The notes: generated from the sequence alone by a model not told the origin. Shown: positions 1 through 13,629, counted from the whole stretch's first letter. The stretch: DNA of 59,758 bases, filler included, from Sluysia triapertura (GCA_046118255.1; 5 parts of 5 records of this genome joined end to end with filler, not necessarily neighbours in it); one strand, 5' to 3'. Made by a program: numbers and translations.

Positions 1-361
1 ACAGTGTCCATGGATACGAAGATATAAAGATTTTAAATATTATCAAAACTTAGTACCAGAAGAATATAAACCTATAATATCCAATTCAATTGCTGTAAGA
101 AAGGAACCGGAATGTCTATCTTATATAAGAGAAGAACCTTGTCCAATAAGAGTACCACAGTGTCCATGGATACGAAGATATAAAGATTTTAAATATTATC
201 AAAACTTAGTACCAGAAGAATATAAACCTATAACATTCAATTCAATTGCTGTAAGAAAGGAACCGGAATGTCTATCACATATTAGACAAGAACCTTGTCC
301 AATAAGAGTACCACAGTGTCCATGGATACGAAGATATAAAGATTTTAAATATTATCAAAAC
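1..361 (+). repeat. 156-bp (52-aa) coding tandem repeat, 2.3 units visible
   Basis: acagtgtccatggatacgaag starts at 1, 157 and 313. Confidence 0.95.
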
Positions 362-3300
362 CAAGAGATAGAATTAAAAGCATCACACCTAAAAAATAAT
401 CAAACATATTCATCAATAGGAAACCAAAGTCGATCTAATTCAAGAACTGATACCTCAGTTTCATTTCAAAGTCAAGAAAGTAGAATAAATGCATCATTTA
501 AACTAATCAGTAACAAATTTACATTGAAAGAAGAAAATAGATGTGGACCATCAAATATTCAAGGATCTTCTTCACCATATAATCAAAGTTCAGAGGCTGA
601 AAGACTTTATCAACGAAATGGTCTAAATCCGTGTTTAACATCTGGACAAAGACCATATTCACCAATTTTTCAAAGTCTTAATTCGTCAATAGAAAACCAA
701 AGTCGATCTAATTCGAGAACCGATACTTCAGCTTCATTTCAAAGCTATGGAGGTAGAATAAGTCCACATAAAAATACATCATTTAAACATTCATTATCAC
801 TAATCGATAACAAATTCCCGTTCAAAGAAGAAAACAGATATGAACCATCAAATATTCAAGAATCTTCTTCACCATATAATCAAAGTACAGAGGCTGAAAG
901 ACCTTATCCACGAAATGGTCCAAATCTTGGCTTAACAACTGTTCAAAATGCTGTTTCACCAATTGTTCAAAGTTTTAGTTCAACAAAATATCAAAACTTC
1001 TTTATTTCACAAGTAAGTATAAAAGATACAAATTCATCAACATCTCAACAAGATCCTTGCCAAGTAAGTGGCAAACAAATAAATATTTCGCAATTGAGTC
1101 GAAAAGGTACTCATTCATCAACATCTCGACAAAATCCAAGCCAAAACAATGGCAAAAAAGTAAATATTTCACAAATAATTCGAAATGATATGAAGTCCTC
1201 AACAACTTCACATAATCCTTGTTCGTTAAGTGCAACAGAGAAAGTTAAGTCTATGATTGATCAAAGTTTATCAAGGTTACAGGAATGCTCACCTGCAGTT
1301 AAAATACAAGCGGATCAATGTAAATCGAATTTGAATTCACACCCAACGCCTTTCTTAAACGATTTGAATCCTATATCCAAAAAAAATATATGTAATACAG
1401 ATTATGTGAATAAAGTTACGAGAAAAAGAAAAAATCGAAGCATATCAAGAGTACAAGAATATGCATATCCACTAAGAATTTCAGATTACATATGTGTGTC
1501 AACATTAAACAAAAGGATGGATTTATCAAAAGATCAATGTGGATCAAAGATGAAAATGTGTAAGAGATCAAGAATCCAACAAAATTGTCCACACCCAACA
1601 ACGACAAAAGACTTATTCGAAACTAGTACGTTAAAGCATCCTTGCAAATCAAAATCAGAACGTAATTATGTAACAGCTAAATGTGATCATTCTTTATCAG
1701 ATTTTCAAGATGATATGTATTTACCATGTTCAAATATGCAAGATTATTCATGCAAAGAATCATGTAAATCAAGGGAACAGGAAGGTCATTATGAATCAAG
1801 AGAACAAGCTCCGTGTGAACAAAGAAAACAAAGACTTCCATGTACGCAAAATGATCCACATGTAGAAGCTGATCTTCGTACATCGTATACAGAAAATTGT
1901 TTACGTTCAAAGGAATTATATTTATCAGATAAATTATGTGATCAATTTGCGTTAGATGTGCAAAATGAACTATGTTTATCAAAGCTTAATCCTATATCTC
2001 AAATATCACAAATTTATAAGTCATGTTCATCAAAGTATCCGTGCCAATCACATCCACACTTATCAAATAAGACTGTGTTGTTTGTTTCGAAGAGGCTAAA
2101 CATTCCATCATCATCACGAATTAACAAATATCAATATATGAAGAAGTCTGGAAAAAAACATTGTTCATCGAGACCACACATGAATGATTTAGATTCTTGT
2201 ATAACGAATTTTGATGAAGATCCATGCTCGGCAATAGTGAATGATCAGCCGTGCACAAAGTACGATGATAATTTGTGTTCAGCAGATAGTGATGAGATTC
2301 CATGCTCATCGTGGATTGGCGACGATTTATGTTTATCAGAAGTTCAAGAGCCGGGCACACTTTATGAACAAAGAATACAAAGAGCTCCCTGTGAATCAAG
2401 GAAACAAAGTGCTCGGTTTGTATCAAGGGATCAAGAGATATGTGAAAAAAAAATACGGAGAACACCATATGAATCAATGGAGCAATCATATCCATGTAAG
2501 TCAAGGAAACAAAGACGTTTTTATGGATCAAAAGAACAAGGAGTTCCATGTGAATCAAAGGAACAAAGAGTTCAGTTCGGTTCAAGAGAAGAAGAAGCTC
2601 CGTGTGAACAAAGAATGCAGAGAGCTCCATGTGGATCAAGAGTACAAGCTCCATCTGAGTCAAGAGAACAAAGATCTCAATATGGGTCAAGAGAAGAAGA
2701 AGCTCCGTGTAAACAAAGAATGCAGAGAGGTCCATGTGGATCAAGAGTACAAGCTCCATCTGAGTCAAGAGAACAAAGATCTCAATATGGGTCAAGAGAA
2801 GAAGAAGNNNNNNNNNNNNNNNNNNNNNNNNNNNNNNNNNNNNNNNNNNNNNNNNNNNNNNNNNNNNNNNNNNNNNNNNNNNNNNNNNNNNNNNNNNNNN
2901 NNNNNNNCTCCGTGTAAACAAAGAATGCAGAGAGGTCCATGTGGATCAAGAGTACAAGCTCCATCTGAGTCAAGAGAACAAAGGTCTCAATATGGGTCAA
3001 GAGAACAAATATCTCAATATGGGTCAAGAGAACAAAGATCTCAATATGGATCAAGAGAACAAAGATCTCATTATGGGTCAAGAGAAGAAGAAGCTTCCTG
3101 TGAAGAAAGAATACGTGAATCAAGGGAACAACGATCTCAGTGTGGATCAGGAGTGCAAGCTCCATGTGAATCAAGAGAACAAAAATCTCAGTTTGTATCA
3201 AGAGATCAAATTTTATGTGAACAACGAAGACAGAGAGCTTCATATGAATCAATTAAGCAATTGCACCCCTGTGAGTCAAGGGAACAAGGAACTTTATATC

Positions 3301-3998
3301 TATCATTTGAAGAAGGAGTTCCATGTGAATCAAGAGATCAAGCTCCATGTGAATCAAAAGATCGGTTATATCCGTGTGAATCAATGAAGCAATCACATTC
3401 ATGTGAGTTAAGGAAAGAAGGAGCTATGGATAGATCAATAGAACAAGGAGTTCCATGTGAAGAAAGAATACAAAAAGCTCCATGTGAATCAAGGGGACAA
3501 TCATATCATTGTGAATCGAGAGAACAAGAAGCTCCATGCAAACAAGGAATACGAAAAGCTTCATGCACATTTAAAGAACAAGCACATTCAAATGAAACAA
3601 CAGTACAACCATATCCTATTGAATCAAAAGAACAAACAACTTCATATAAACAACTTTTGCAAGTATTTCTTCCTGAATCAAGTGAACCAATTGAATCAAA
3701 AATGCAAAAATATTCAAGTGTATTAAAAATAGAAAGAGATACACATACATCAGTTGGGCAAAAATATCCTTGTGCATGGAAAGTGCAAACCGATCCAATT
3801 GCAAGAAGACTTCAAAACGATCCATGTGGATGGAAATCTCATAGAACAAATAAATGGATGGCTTTAAATGACCCTCCATGTTCAGGAGTATTCGTAAAAA
3901 ATTCACATTTATCAAGAAGTCGAAAAGATCGATTTTCATCTCAACCACCAGGAGATCCACATGTATCAATAACACAAGGTGATCGACTTACATCGTGA
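2..3998 (+). CDS. Large intronless repeat-rich Ser/Gln/Arg/Glu/Cys protein, 5'-incomplete, spanning a 100-N gap
   Basis: Frame 2 is open from base 2 (QCPWIRRYKDF...) through the TTG at 524 to the gap at 2808-2907. The same repeats (PCKQRMQRGPCGSRVQAP) resume after the gap and run to TGA at 3996-3998. About 1300 stop-free codons in AT-rich DNA; all repeat units are multiples of 3. Confidence 0.85.
2581..3095 (+). repeat. Coding tandem repeats of 105 bp (35 aa) and 27 bp (SREQRSQYG)
   Basis: gctccgtgt at 2597 and 2702 (105-bp period). Four 9-aa units follow the gap. The gap lies inside the array, so copy number is unknown. Confidence 0.95.
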
Positions 3999-6339
3999 TC
4001 GCAAGAAGATCCACATACATCGACATCGCAAGATATCAGTATGTCGAAATCTCTAGGATATCCATACGCATCAAAATCAGAAGGAAATCTGTGAGGCAGA
4101 TGTTCAAATATATCCATGCGCGTCAAAATCACAAGAATATCGGTATGAACCAAGAGTTCGGATAGATCCGTGTGAATCACCGAAACAAATTACGACAAAG
4201 ATATGTCCAGAGAAGTACTTACCAAGAACACAAACCTCTAAATACATTCAAAAGACTGCTTGTCAAACACAAATTCAATCTACTTCATGTCCATCAAGTC
4301 TGGAGGAAGATCTATGTTCATCTAAAATTTAGTACAATCAAATTTCATCAAAACTGCGAAATAATAAATGTTTATCAAGAGTAAAAAATAATTTATATCA
4401 AAAAAATAATTTATTAAATAATAATTAAATGAATATTAAAAATTTGGAATTTTAAATTAAAATGTAATCAATATTCAATATGAATAATGTAGAAATATTT
4501 ATGATATTATATTACATACTAATTTCTTTCCAATGTTATTACGCTACTGAAGTACATGATATGACATGTTTAGATACAATTAAACCATATAAAGAAATAC
4601 TTAGAGATAATCATTTTCATATTAGTATCATCGGTTTATTTAATACATCATGTTTTTTTTACAAAAAGACCTTTTGCGTATACTGACATGGCTATATCAA
4701 TCAATAAATTTTTTCTAACTACTGGAACACCACATGGTGTCTTTATAATAAAATTTACTATTCGTGATGCATTTGGAGAAATGACTTTAGAACACGTGTG
4801 ATGGAAATAATATTAATAATACTAATATTCATTATTTTAAATACGCCACCTATGCGTTACTGGAGATTAATATTTATAACCAATTGCTAGAGATGTTATT
4901 TGATGCTGTTCTAACTGAAGACCGCAAACAATTTTATAGTGCTCCACCACAAGCTATTGCTCATGACGACTTTTTCATGTTATTAGTAGAGAAGATGTTA
5001 GACCAAACTTAACCTACTCGTATAATGATTATGGAGGCATACGATATTTGAAGACTCCCAAAACCAATGTTTTAATCCAAGTTATAGTTATATGTTTATT
5101 ATATTGCTGTTTAAATTTTATTTTTTACACTTTAACAAGTTTTGCTAGTTTATTAAATCTATTAATTGTGTTATTGTTTTTAATTGTTTCAGGCCTTAAG
5201 CCTATGTTGTTAAAGAATATAAAAAGATGTTAAATTGTTTAAGCTTAATCGAATTTTATTTAATCCAGTTAATGTTTAATGAAAATAAATAAAAATAGTA
5301 TTATTTTTAATAACAAAATATTTCTTGCCCTCCACACAATAACCAACCAAGGTTGAGTTATAACGTAAAATTTTATTGTTATTATAACTTATTTTTTAAG
5401 TGTAAGTAAATTTTTAGTTTTATTAAAGTTTATTAATAAACTTTAGTGGGTTAGGTTTTGTTAATTCTTTTAAATAAACTGATTTTTCGAAGCAACACCT
5501 TAAGAAGGGTTGCGCAATTTTTAAATTCATATATTTGTTTTAAAGCAACACCTTAAAACGGTTTGCGCAAATATAAACTATATAAAAATTAATTGAGAAA
5601 TTTCTTAAAAGTGAAGTAATTTTTCGTAAAATAAAAATCCTAATAATACGTTTCGTATATATTAGGGGAACCGACTCCTTAGATATTTTGTAAGTAAGAT
5701 TAAGATAAGATAGAAATGCTTGCATTTTATTCATTATTAATGTCTCAGCTTTATTATAATGCATGTTAATATTATTTATGTACAAGATGTACCTAACTTT
5801 TCAACGTGACTAATTATAAACCTTTATATTGTGAAAAGTATATTAATTAATATTTGCTGTAAAACATGTTCTTAAAGTCTTACACTAAAGCGAAATTTTA
5901 ACTGACTACTTCGTAACTTTTTGGTGATTTTATATTTTGCAGTAGCTGATAGAATATTTTTGAAATTATATGTATTCTATCATTTAGTTTGTTTTCATTG
6001 TGCATTTTATGAACATTACATCATTTTAATAGTGGTCTTTTTTTTGGTTTCAGAATTTTTATTTTTATTTATATATTTAAATATTTATATATTTAAGTTC
6101 TACTTATACTTTTGCGCTCTCGTTTTGTTTTCGATAGTTGGCGTAATTTATTAAAGTGAGGAGTTGAATATAACCTTCTTTGGTTCGGAAAGTTACCATT
6201 GATACCTGGTTTTCATTGTGTTGAATTTCATATAGTATGTTCTTGTAGGTTTGTTATCATCTGAATTTTTATGGTATTATGGTCTTTTATTTGAAATAAT
6301 TATGATGACTAAGGTCAGACATTTTCCTCTGAATTGAGA

Positions 6340-6910
6340 TACGTTGAGATTGCCAGGATGATGAATAGAATATTGTAAACACCGTTGGAATAAGAATGAG
6401 GACGAAAGCATCTGCAGTAGTGTTGAGAGCCAAAGACATTTGTGGGGTCTTGAGACTTTCTGGAGTTTTGGGATAGCTTTGGAAAACCCTTAAAAGTATT
6501 AAGGCACCTTTGAACTTCTTAATCTTGGGATCATTTAAGACCTTATTAGGTAATTTTGAAACCTTGATAAGCATTTATAAAGTAGTTGAAATCTTCAGAA
6601 TATTTGAAAAATTAAATAATTGTTATTAATATTAAAGATAAGTTTGATTCATTAATAAAGAAAAGGAACAAAAGAAATCCTGAATGCCTCGTTAAGTACT
6701 AAATATTTTTAGAACCTTAATAGAACCTTTAAACATAATATAAGATTAAGTCTAAAAATAGATTTATTAATTAAAATCTTGATTAACTTAATTAAGAAAA
6801 AGCACGTTTTATTAATAACTTTTGAATGCGGAATGGTATGCCTAAGTTGAAACTGTGAAGGTATTTGTTTTAAAAAACCTTTCAACAAGGTATGGTGTGA
6901 CCGAGTTCAT
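6340..6910 (+). repeat. Dispersed repeat; inverted copy at ~46940-47600
   Basis: cctgaatgcct...ttaagtctaaaaatagatt...ttaacttaattaagaaaaa and gtatttgtttt...accgagttcat match the reverse complement of 46940-47160. Outer limits are approximate. Confidence 0.8.
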
Positions 6911-7457
6911 GCAAAGAAATCCTTAATATTGAGCAAAATCAAATGTTGAATTTTTAATATTTAGTAAAGCAAATTTAATTAGCGCGAAATCCATATTACA
7001 TTTAACTAGCAAAGTATTTTTAAATAATGTAACTAAATCAAAGGGTATTTTTCAATATCATATGGACACTTCAACTTGCTTAGTACAAAATATTAAATCA
7101 ATATCACCAAAGTGGAATAATTACGATTACAATAAAGCATTAAAATGTGGTAAAAATTAAATTATAATAATTTATTTGATTATATGATGGCCTACTTAAA
7201 ATTAATTAATTATTGTTGTATTTAATCATCAAATAATTATTAGTTTAGGATGATCATGAAATGTATTAGTCAAAAATATTATATATCGATATTGTGCCAA
7301 AAATAAACGTTAATACTAGTTTTCAGTAAACTAGTAAATAAAATAAATCCTCCTTTAACACTAAATGTAACACAACAGGTCAAATACTAAATACTATGAA
7401 ATTGTACTGCTTTTACCATTTTATTATATGATTTAATTTTATACCATCAACGATGGC

Positions 7458-7592
7458 AACTCATAACTGGCAGCTAAAAATTCTTAATCGACTGTTTGAT
7501 GGCAACACAAAAAACGTACCACTACGTCAGTGGCTACTGAATTTCAAATAAAAAATGACGTTTTACTACGTCAACGGCCAGTAATGAGTTAA
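7458..7592. mobile_element. MITE with ~14-bp TIRs; second copy at 36172-36323
   Basis: aactcataactggc...gccagtaatgagtt(aa) inverted ends. Internal sequence is shared with the 36.2-kb copy, and both right ends finish in TTAA. Confidence 0.75.
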
Positions 7593-8370
7593 TATAATTC
7601 CAGATCTAGGTAACGCAGCCGATTGTGAAGCACCATGTATAAATGGTTTTTCAGTTTTCCTTCTACAAAAATATGAATGGTAGTGGAAATAAAAATATGA
7701 ACTGAAACAACTTATAATAAATGAATAAGTATTTATTAAGAACGAATACTTAGTAAAACAAATTAAGAAAAAGTTACAATATATACAGAAATATTTACTG
7801 TAATTTACATAACACATGTAAAATTAACAAACCGTTTTCAACAGATGCCTAGAAAGTAAACAGAATATCGAAAGCACTTCGAACAAATATCTTCCTTGAA
7901 ATTAAATACACGCGTTGCATAAATAATAAATTTATGCATCCGTTACGGTTTATATTAAATATATTTTAAAAGGACCTCGTGTCGAAAGCTGTGATGACAA
8001 CATTTTACATATTTACCATATTTTATTAATAAGTACTTAATTTTACTGATTTATTACACTTCTGATGCAAGACCCGAATCGACCCAACATGGACAATTCA
8101 GCCATATTTCTAATGCATGTATTTTTTCTATCCACTATGCATGATGAAAACAAACCAAATCATCACTATTTAATTAAAGTTTTATTTATCTTATTATATG
8201 TTTGTTAATCGTAACTTTAATTATATTTATCATCATTAATTTTTTAAAATTAACGTTATTAAATCAAAATACAGTTATTATTGATAATCAACATTCAAAG
8301 ACTGAAAATCAAAATGGTAATGTATTTGAAAATAAAATTGCAAATTAAACTAAAATAGAAAAAATAAAAA

Positions 8371-9206
8371 TCAATTATGACTTTCTGCTGATTCACCATC
8401 ATCACTTTCTTCAGATATCACACTACTACAGTTAACTGAAATCACATGCGTTTGTTTTGAATTACTTTGACACGAATCTATTTTCGGTTGTTGAGTTTCA
8501 ATTTTTATTTCATCATCATCCTCTTGCTTAAGTTTCAGTCCATTAGATAATGGGCAACATCGATTAGTGCAAGGCAACATACCGTCCTTCTGTAAACAAA
8601 TGTTTCTTTTGCTATCCGTTTCACCTTTGTTCGGTTTAGAATTTGTACATTTACAACTAATTTTTGGCCGCGGTGGATGATCATTTCCAAGTCTCTCGCA
8701 GACATTTTTCAACATCTTTTTCTTCAAATTTTCTTCCGATTGACATGTTTCATTGGCTTTACTGAAATAATTTTTCACAAATGACAAATTGTAATCAGAC
8801 GAATCATCAGATTTCTTGTTATTCAAACATAAAGATGGTCTTTGTTCGTTTTTACGTTTTAAATTATCTTTGTTCACAATTGTAGGACCACAATCTTTAA
8901 AGCCTTCAAATTCAGCTAAATCTAGTCGACTAACACCTTTAGTCCAGTGTTCTAAATTTCGCGGTGTAACAGTCACATCATCTTCATCAAATGGAGGACG
9001 CAAAAATTGACAATAACCAAAATATAAACAAGGAAATTCGAATACAAAATAATGCAACAAGTTGTTCCATAAATCATCAGTAATACGAAAACGTTTTGGA
9101 AATGCGAACAATAAAGCTGTAGCTACGACAGCAAGAGTCAAAGGATTGTACAAAGGAAAAGATCCTTCTCGATTATACAAATCAAATACAAATTCTGATA
9201 AATAAT
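8371..9206 (-). CDS. Terminal coding exon of an unidentified gene
   Basis: Acceptor tatatttag| then (D)YLSEFVFDLYNREGSFPLYNPLTLAVVATALLFAFP..., open ~278 codons to TGA. Ordered N-terminal part, low-complexity tail. Upstream exons not found. Confidence 0.7.
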
Positions 9207-9827
9207 CTAAATATACATAAAATGTATTATTAAAATCACGATTTAAAAAAATATAAATTGTTCATATAAATTGATAATCGCACAAAAAAGCTACAAAAAT
9301 CACATAGTTTTATGAAAATTTAATAAGAGAAATTGCTTTCGGTGGTTTCGACCGAATCTTTTGTACAAATGTCAATAGCCACTTTGGTGTTAATTCACTT
9401 ATAAAATTATAAATTAATCTTAAATTTTAAGAATTTTAGAATTCTGCTTGTCCTTGCAATGATGTCATATTAATTATTAATTATTTATTTTGAATTGCTA
9501 TCTGTAAGAATACAATATTTATCTTTAAGTTATTGACACTTTATATTCATAAAATTTATATTCCTAATTTGTATTTTCATACGTCTTCTATTAATTGTCT
9601 AACTATTATAGTCATTGTTTATTAAACTCATCAAAAAAGCATCATCATTTGGATTAATACCTTAAGAAGCAAGAAAAGATTATGATTCCAAAGTGAGCAT
9701 GTAGCATTATTTAATGCACTTAGAATATTGCACACACAACTTTATCGAAAACGTACTCGAGTAAATAGAAATGTCTATGCTGAGCCAAACTCCAACTCCC
9801 ACCGGTGTGATGGGATGGAGGTTACTT

Positions 9828-10448
9828 GGTTTACTCGAGCGCGCTTAGTTAGGTTTTAATATGGATTGGTTGAATTTTTCATATTTATTAAAGTATTATA
9901 TTAAATTTGGATTTGGTATTAATGAATTGGTAAATGATTTTTACACATTGATTTATGTGATGCTTATTGTTTTTTGAACACGCATGGAACGTAGGCTATT
10001 TTAAATAGTCAAAGTCGATTTTAATGTTCATTTAATCAGAAAAGTTGGTCGCGTGTCACTACAACATCTATTGTGATATATGCTCTCACTTATCCTGATA
10101 AGCAACCATACTTATATACTTTAACATTCTCATGATGCCGTGAATTTTCTAAGCTTATTGCAGTTTACGTATTCTAATATATACCAAATCTTGTAACTAT
10201 GACGATTGCACTGCTTAAAAATTGCATCAACGTAAAAACACAAATCCATTTGTATAAGAAAAAATGATATCATTCGAAAATATGAGCGTCCGAAGAAATC
10301 CAAAGAATTTAAAGTTAACAGAGTTAATAAACCTGGTTTGCCGGTTTACTCGCTCATGATTAGCTTTTATTATGGATTAGATCGTTCTGATTGATTGAAT
10401 GTTTTATATTTGTTAGAGTATTATATTAAATTTGGATATTGTGTTAAT
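9828..10448 (+). repeat. Pair of ~100-bp direct repeats (9828-9922, 10343-10448)
   Basis: Both read ggtttactcg...tatggatt...agtattatattaaatttggat. Confidence 0.75.
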
Positions 10449-10479
10449 TTTTTTCTGGGATTTTGTTGTTTCTTGACTA

Positions 10480-10912
10480 AACTATTTTTTTAAAAATTCA
10501 AGTTTGGTTAAATTTACCTGCACTATGAATTTTACAAACAGTTGCTTTTAATTTTATGGACTTCAAGATTTTCTTAATAATTTTTAACTTTAGAAATTGG
10601 TGGACATTTAAATTCAGGAGCTAAAGGTAGATAATCTAACTTGTCATGTAAATGAGCTGGAATAATCAAGTCAACAATAAATTTATTTACATCATAAATC
10701 CGTTCGAAGGCATTATGCGGTAATGGTTGTGATAAAGCCTAAACTAATAAATAAATAAACTAGTATTATTTTAGCTCTTATATAACGTTTGTTGACAAAT
10801 GTCAATCTGCCTCGTACAACATTTTCGAAAAAACTAAACGTATCAGGATCAGTTAAGAGAGTGACTCATTGTCCTTCAATTCAAGTGCCGATACCCAACT
10901 TATACCAGGTAA
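10480..10912 (-). pseudogene. Decayed protein-primed family-B DNA polymerase (Polinton/Maverick/adintovirus type)
   Basis: Collinear motifs across frameshifts: LPGISWVSAL, LLTDPDTFSFFENVVRGRLTFVNKRYIRA, ALSQPLP, VDLIIPAHLHDKLDYLPLAPE, KIHSAGKFNQ. These match recalled pPolB motifs PGLSWDAML, LLTD...FFE.GIRGG...RYA.AN, AMSQPLP, VDLEYP..LHD....PLAPE, KIH....F.Q. The catalytic D.N.LY motif is lost. Confidence 0.85.
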
Positions 10913-10974
10913 TTTTTCCCACTACCTTCGCGAATTGCAAGTTTTTAATATCAACCACAACCACTTTACCACTA

Positions 10975-11550
10975 TCAAAAATAACGCAGAGCAGGAAAAA
11001 TTTCAGTTTCAAACAAGCATTGGTTGTATAAATAAAGTGATTCGTCCAATTCGATCGTGCATAATTGCATGCAATCAATTTGGATTCTGATTGGATATGA
11101 GATATATTCTATTGGTTTCTTACACTCCATAATTTTCCATTTACCATTTGCAAAGATAACCAGTAAGTAATCTTTTAATTTACATACAAACTGTTTGGGC
11201 TTTCATTGATTAAATTTTAAATGACTAATGACATCGAACTGCTAGAAAGACGTAAAAAATGATGAAGTGATTTCATTGTACTTATTTACATATGCAAAAG
11301 TTTTTCTATTCAAACACATTAACAAAGAAATTAATACATTCTTTGTTCCATTTATATGGAGCATACAATGCTTTCTGTCCATGTATACACACTCAAAAAA
11401 TTGGTATATAAATTTTCGTTTGATTTTCGTATACAATGTTTCATCAATTTTAGCAAATTCGACCGATATACCGTAATCGTCATCGAATTGTAAACGAAAA
11501 TTTTCGTTCGATACACATACATTAAGTACAGAATTTGATAGTTTATACAA
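10975..11550 (-). pseudogene. Family-A ORF copy with in-frame stops
   Basis: One frame with internal TAG and TGA. QFDDDYGISVEF, CLNRKTFAYVNKYNEITSSFFTS and KQFVC align with QFNSDKNGICIKH, CLDKPKVNNFFHFFDVIELSYFYS and NTFLC of the 14-kb copy. Confidence 0.6.
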
Positions 11551-11811
11551 AAAACCTAGAATGTTTAACTCATATTAAATATCCTTTTTAATCGATATAA
11601 TTTACAAATTCAAATCAAGCACAAAAATCTTGTCAACTTAATTTGGTGTTATTTTATTAGAAATAAATAAATAAGATATAACATCACTAAATGAATTACT
11701 AAATAAATTACACGTATTAAATATAATTTCAGAACATTCTTACGTGAGGTTTAATGATAAAACCAATGTTCTGAATAAGTCACAAGAACGATAGAAAGTA
11801 TTTGATCTCCG

Positions 11812-11911
11812 NNNNNNNNNNNNNNNNNNNNNNNNNNNNNNNNNNNNNNNNNNNNTTAATTAATTAANNNNNNNNNNNNNNNNNNNNNNNNNNNNNNNNN
11901 NNNNNNNNNNN
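11812..11911. other. Assembly gap with artificial TTAATTAATTAA linker (also 24377-24476, 35713-35812, 48536-48635); plain gaps at 2808-2907 and 31066-31200
   Basis: Identical N44-linker-N44 structure four times. Confidence 0.95.
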
Positions 11912-12579
11912 TATATATAACACGTAACAAATTGTAACATAAAAGCATGATTTCTACAATTAATATTTTTAGCTTTGAATTAAAATATTTCATATTATAA
12001 ATCGAAAAAGTTTTGTTTGAAGTAAAGTTGCAGATTTTAATAATGATCTATAAATATTTAAATACCATTTACAAATGCTTTCAATTTTTATATTACTATC
12101 TGTTTTTTTCTAGAATTAAATTTTTACATTTAACGTGTTCATTATAATTTGTTACAAATGCATATTTTTAAAAATTATAATTTCTGATTTTAGTTTCAAA
12201 TTTAAAACAGTCAATTTGTTTAATTAGTTTTCTTTAGATTTAAAATTAAATAAATAAAAATAAAATAAAAACAAGCATAGAAAAAAATGTTGTTGCTGCT
12301 GCTGCTGCTGTTTATGATGATTATTATTATTATTAGTATTATATTCATAAATTTATTTTGTTGAAAATTTAAAATTCTTTATAATTCTAAATATATCTTT
12401 TGATGTAAATTTTATTTTTAATTATGAGGCATAAAATGTGCACTCGTAAAATTGTTTAAAAACTAAACATTATAGAGGTAGAAAATTTCGTATCCTTTTA
12501 TGTGAGATTAATTATTAATTATTATTTATTTTATTATAACATATGCGATTATAATAAAAATTGAAAACTTTATTAGCCA

Positions 12580-12580
<1 letters not shown>

Positions 12581-12640
<60 letters not shown>
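12581..12640. repeat. (AAT)n microsatellite; others near 15763, 21579, 24282, 35370, 38504, 45938, 52118, 59708; (GTA)n at 30072-30160
   Basis: Direct inspection. Confidence 0.95.
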
Positions 12641-13629
12641 GTAATAAAAATAATAATGATGATGATAGAAAAATATTACTTTGTTTTTGGAATCAAACTG
12701 GATGTGTAATATTTAATTTGGCTGACCATAAATGCATTATCAGCAAATAAAAGATGAAAAGAAAACTTCATGACATTGTTTCAGTACACATTGAAATAAA
12801 TACAAACATTGAACTGAATTAAAAGATTGTTTGTTGTTTTTCTTGAAGACTGAAATTTGAAACTTAATCTGGATTAATTTTTATTGCCAAGAAATATTTC
12901 GAATACCTATTGAAAAAGAATTCTGGAGGAATGACAGATTTTCTGGAATAAAATAGTTTTTATAATGAACTATGATGACTATGATGAAAATAAATATTTT
13001 GTTGGTATTTATTTTCTTTCCATGTTAGACTTGCTACTTAATGACTGAGACGCAAGAGGATTTCTATTTTAAAAGATATTATTATTATTTATTATTGTTA
13101 TTATCATGAGATATTTAAATAGAATTTAAAATAATATTGAAATATCATTTGTCTCTTTTGATGAGTCATATATTTCATTTATTTTTTCTTATTAACTTTT
13201 ATATCGGTTATATACTAAAGTACAGTACTAATACTAATAATACAAATAATAAACAGAACAACTTAAATAAAGTGCGATATTAAGGCATTAAAAGTTATTC
13301 TTAAATGTTTGTGGTTTTGTTTTTTTAATTTAATTTTTCTTACACTTCATATGTAAAAATTCAACTATTTATTAAAACAAAATATTAGTGATTATATGTA
13401 ATAATCATTTTAATTTATTTTAATTTTTCTTAATTTAAACTTTTGTAAATGTTTAACACATTGTGGACGGATCATGAGAATTGCTTGCATTGAGATTATG
13501 CATTCAATGATACTTTATAGAAAATGATCTTTTATAAAAAGTGAGTGTGCTTAATTGAGCTCTTGGTCTTTTGGTAATAATCTAAACTTCTTTTCACTTT
13601 ATATTACAACTTAAATTGATCCTCTATTA

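Noticed and set aside
2241-2807. 5' half of the 585-aa ORF and other shadow ORFs over 1000-4400
   Set aside because: Alternate-frame and antisense by-products of the repetitive CDS. The arbitrary 100-N gap switches frames.
4480-5050. Coding-like stretch including IRDAFGE
   Set aside because: Many stops; only a 4-aa match to one family-A copy.
10518-10738. Apparent AG...GT-bounded exon splicing to 9206
   Set aside because: It contains a stop/frameshift and its translation is pPolB, so the splice sites are probably fortuitous.
11856-11867. TTAATTAATTAA palindromes in gaps
   Set aside because: Artificial all-frame-stop linker.
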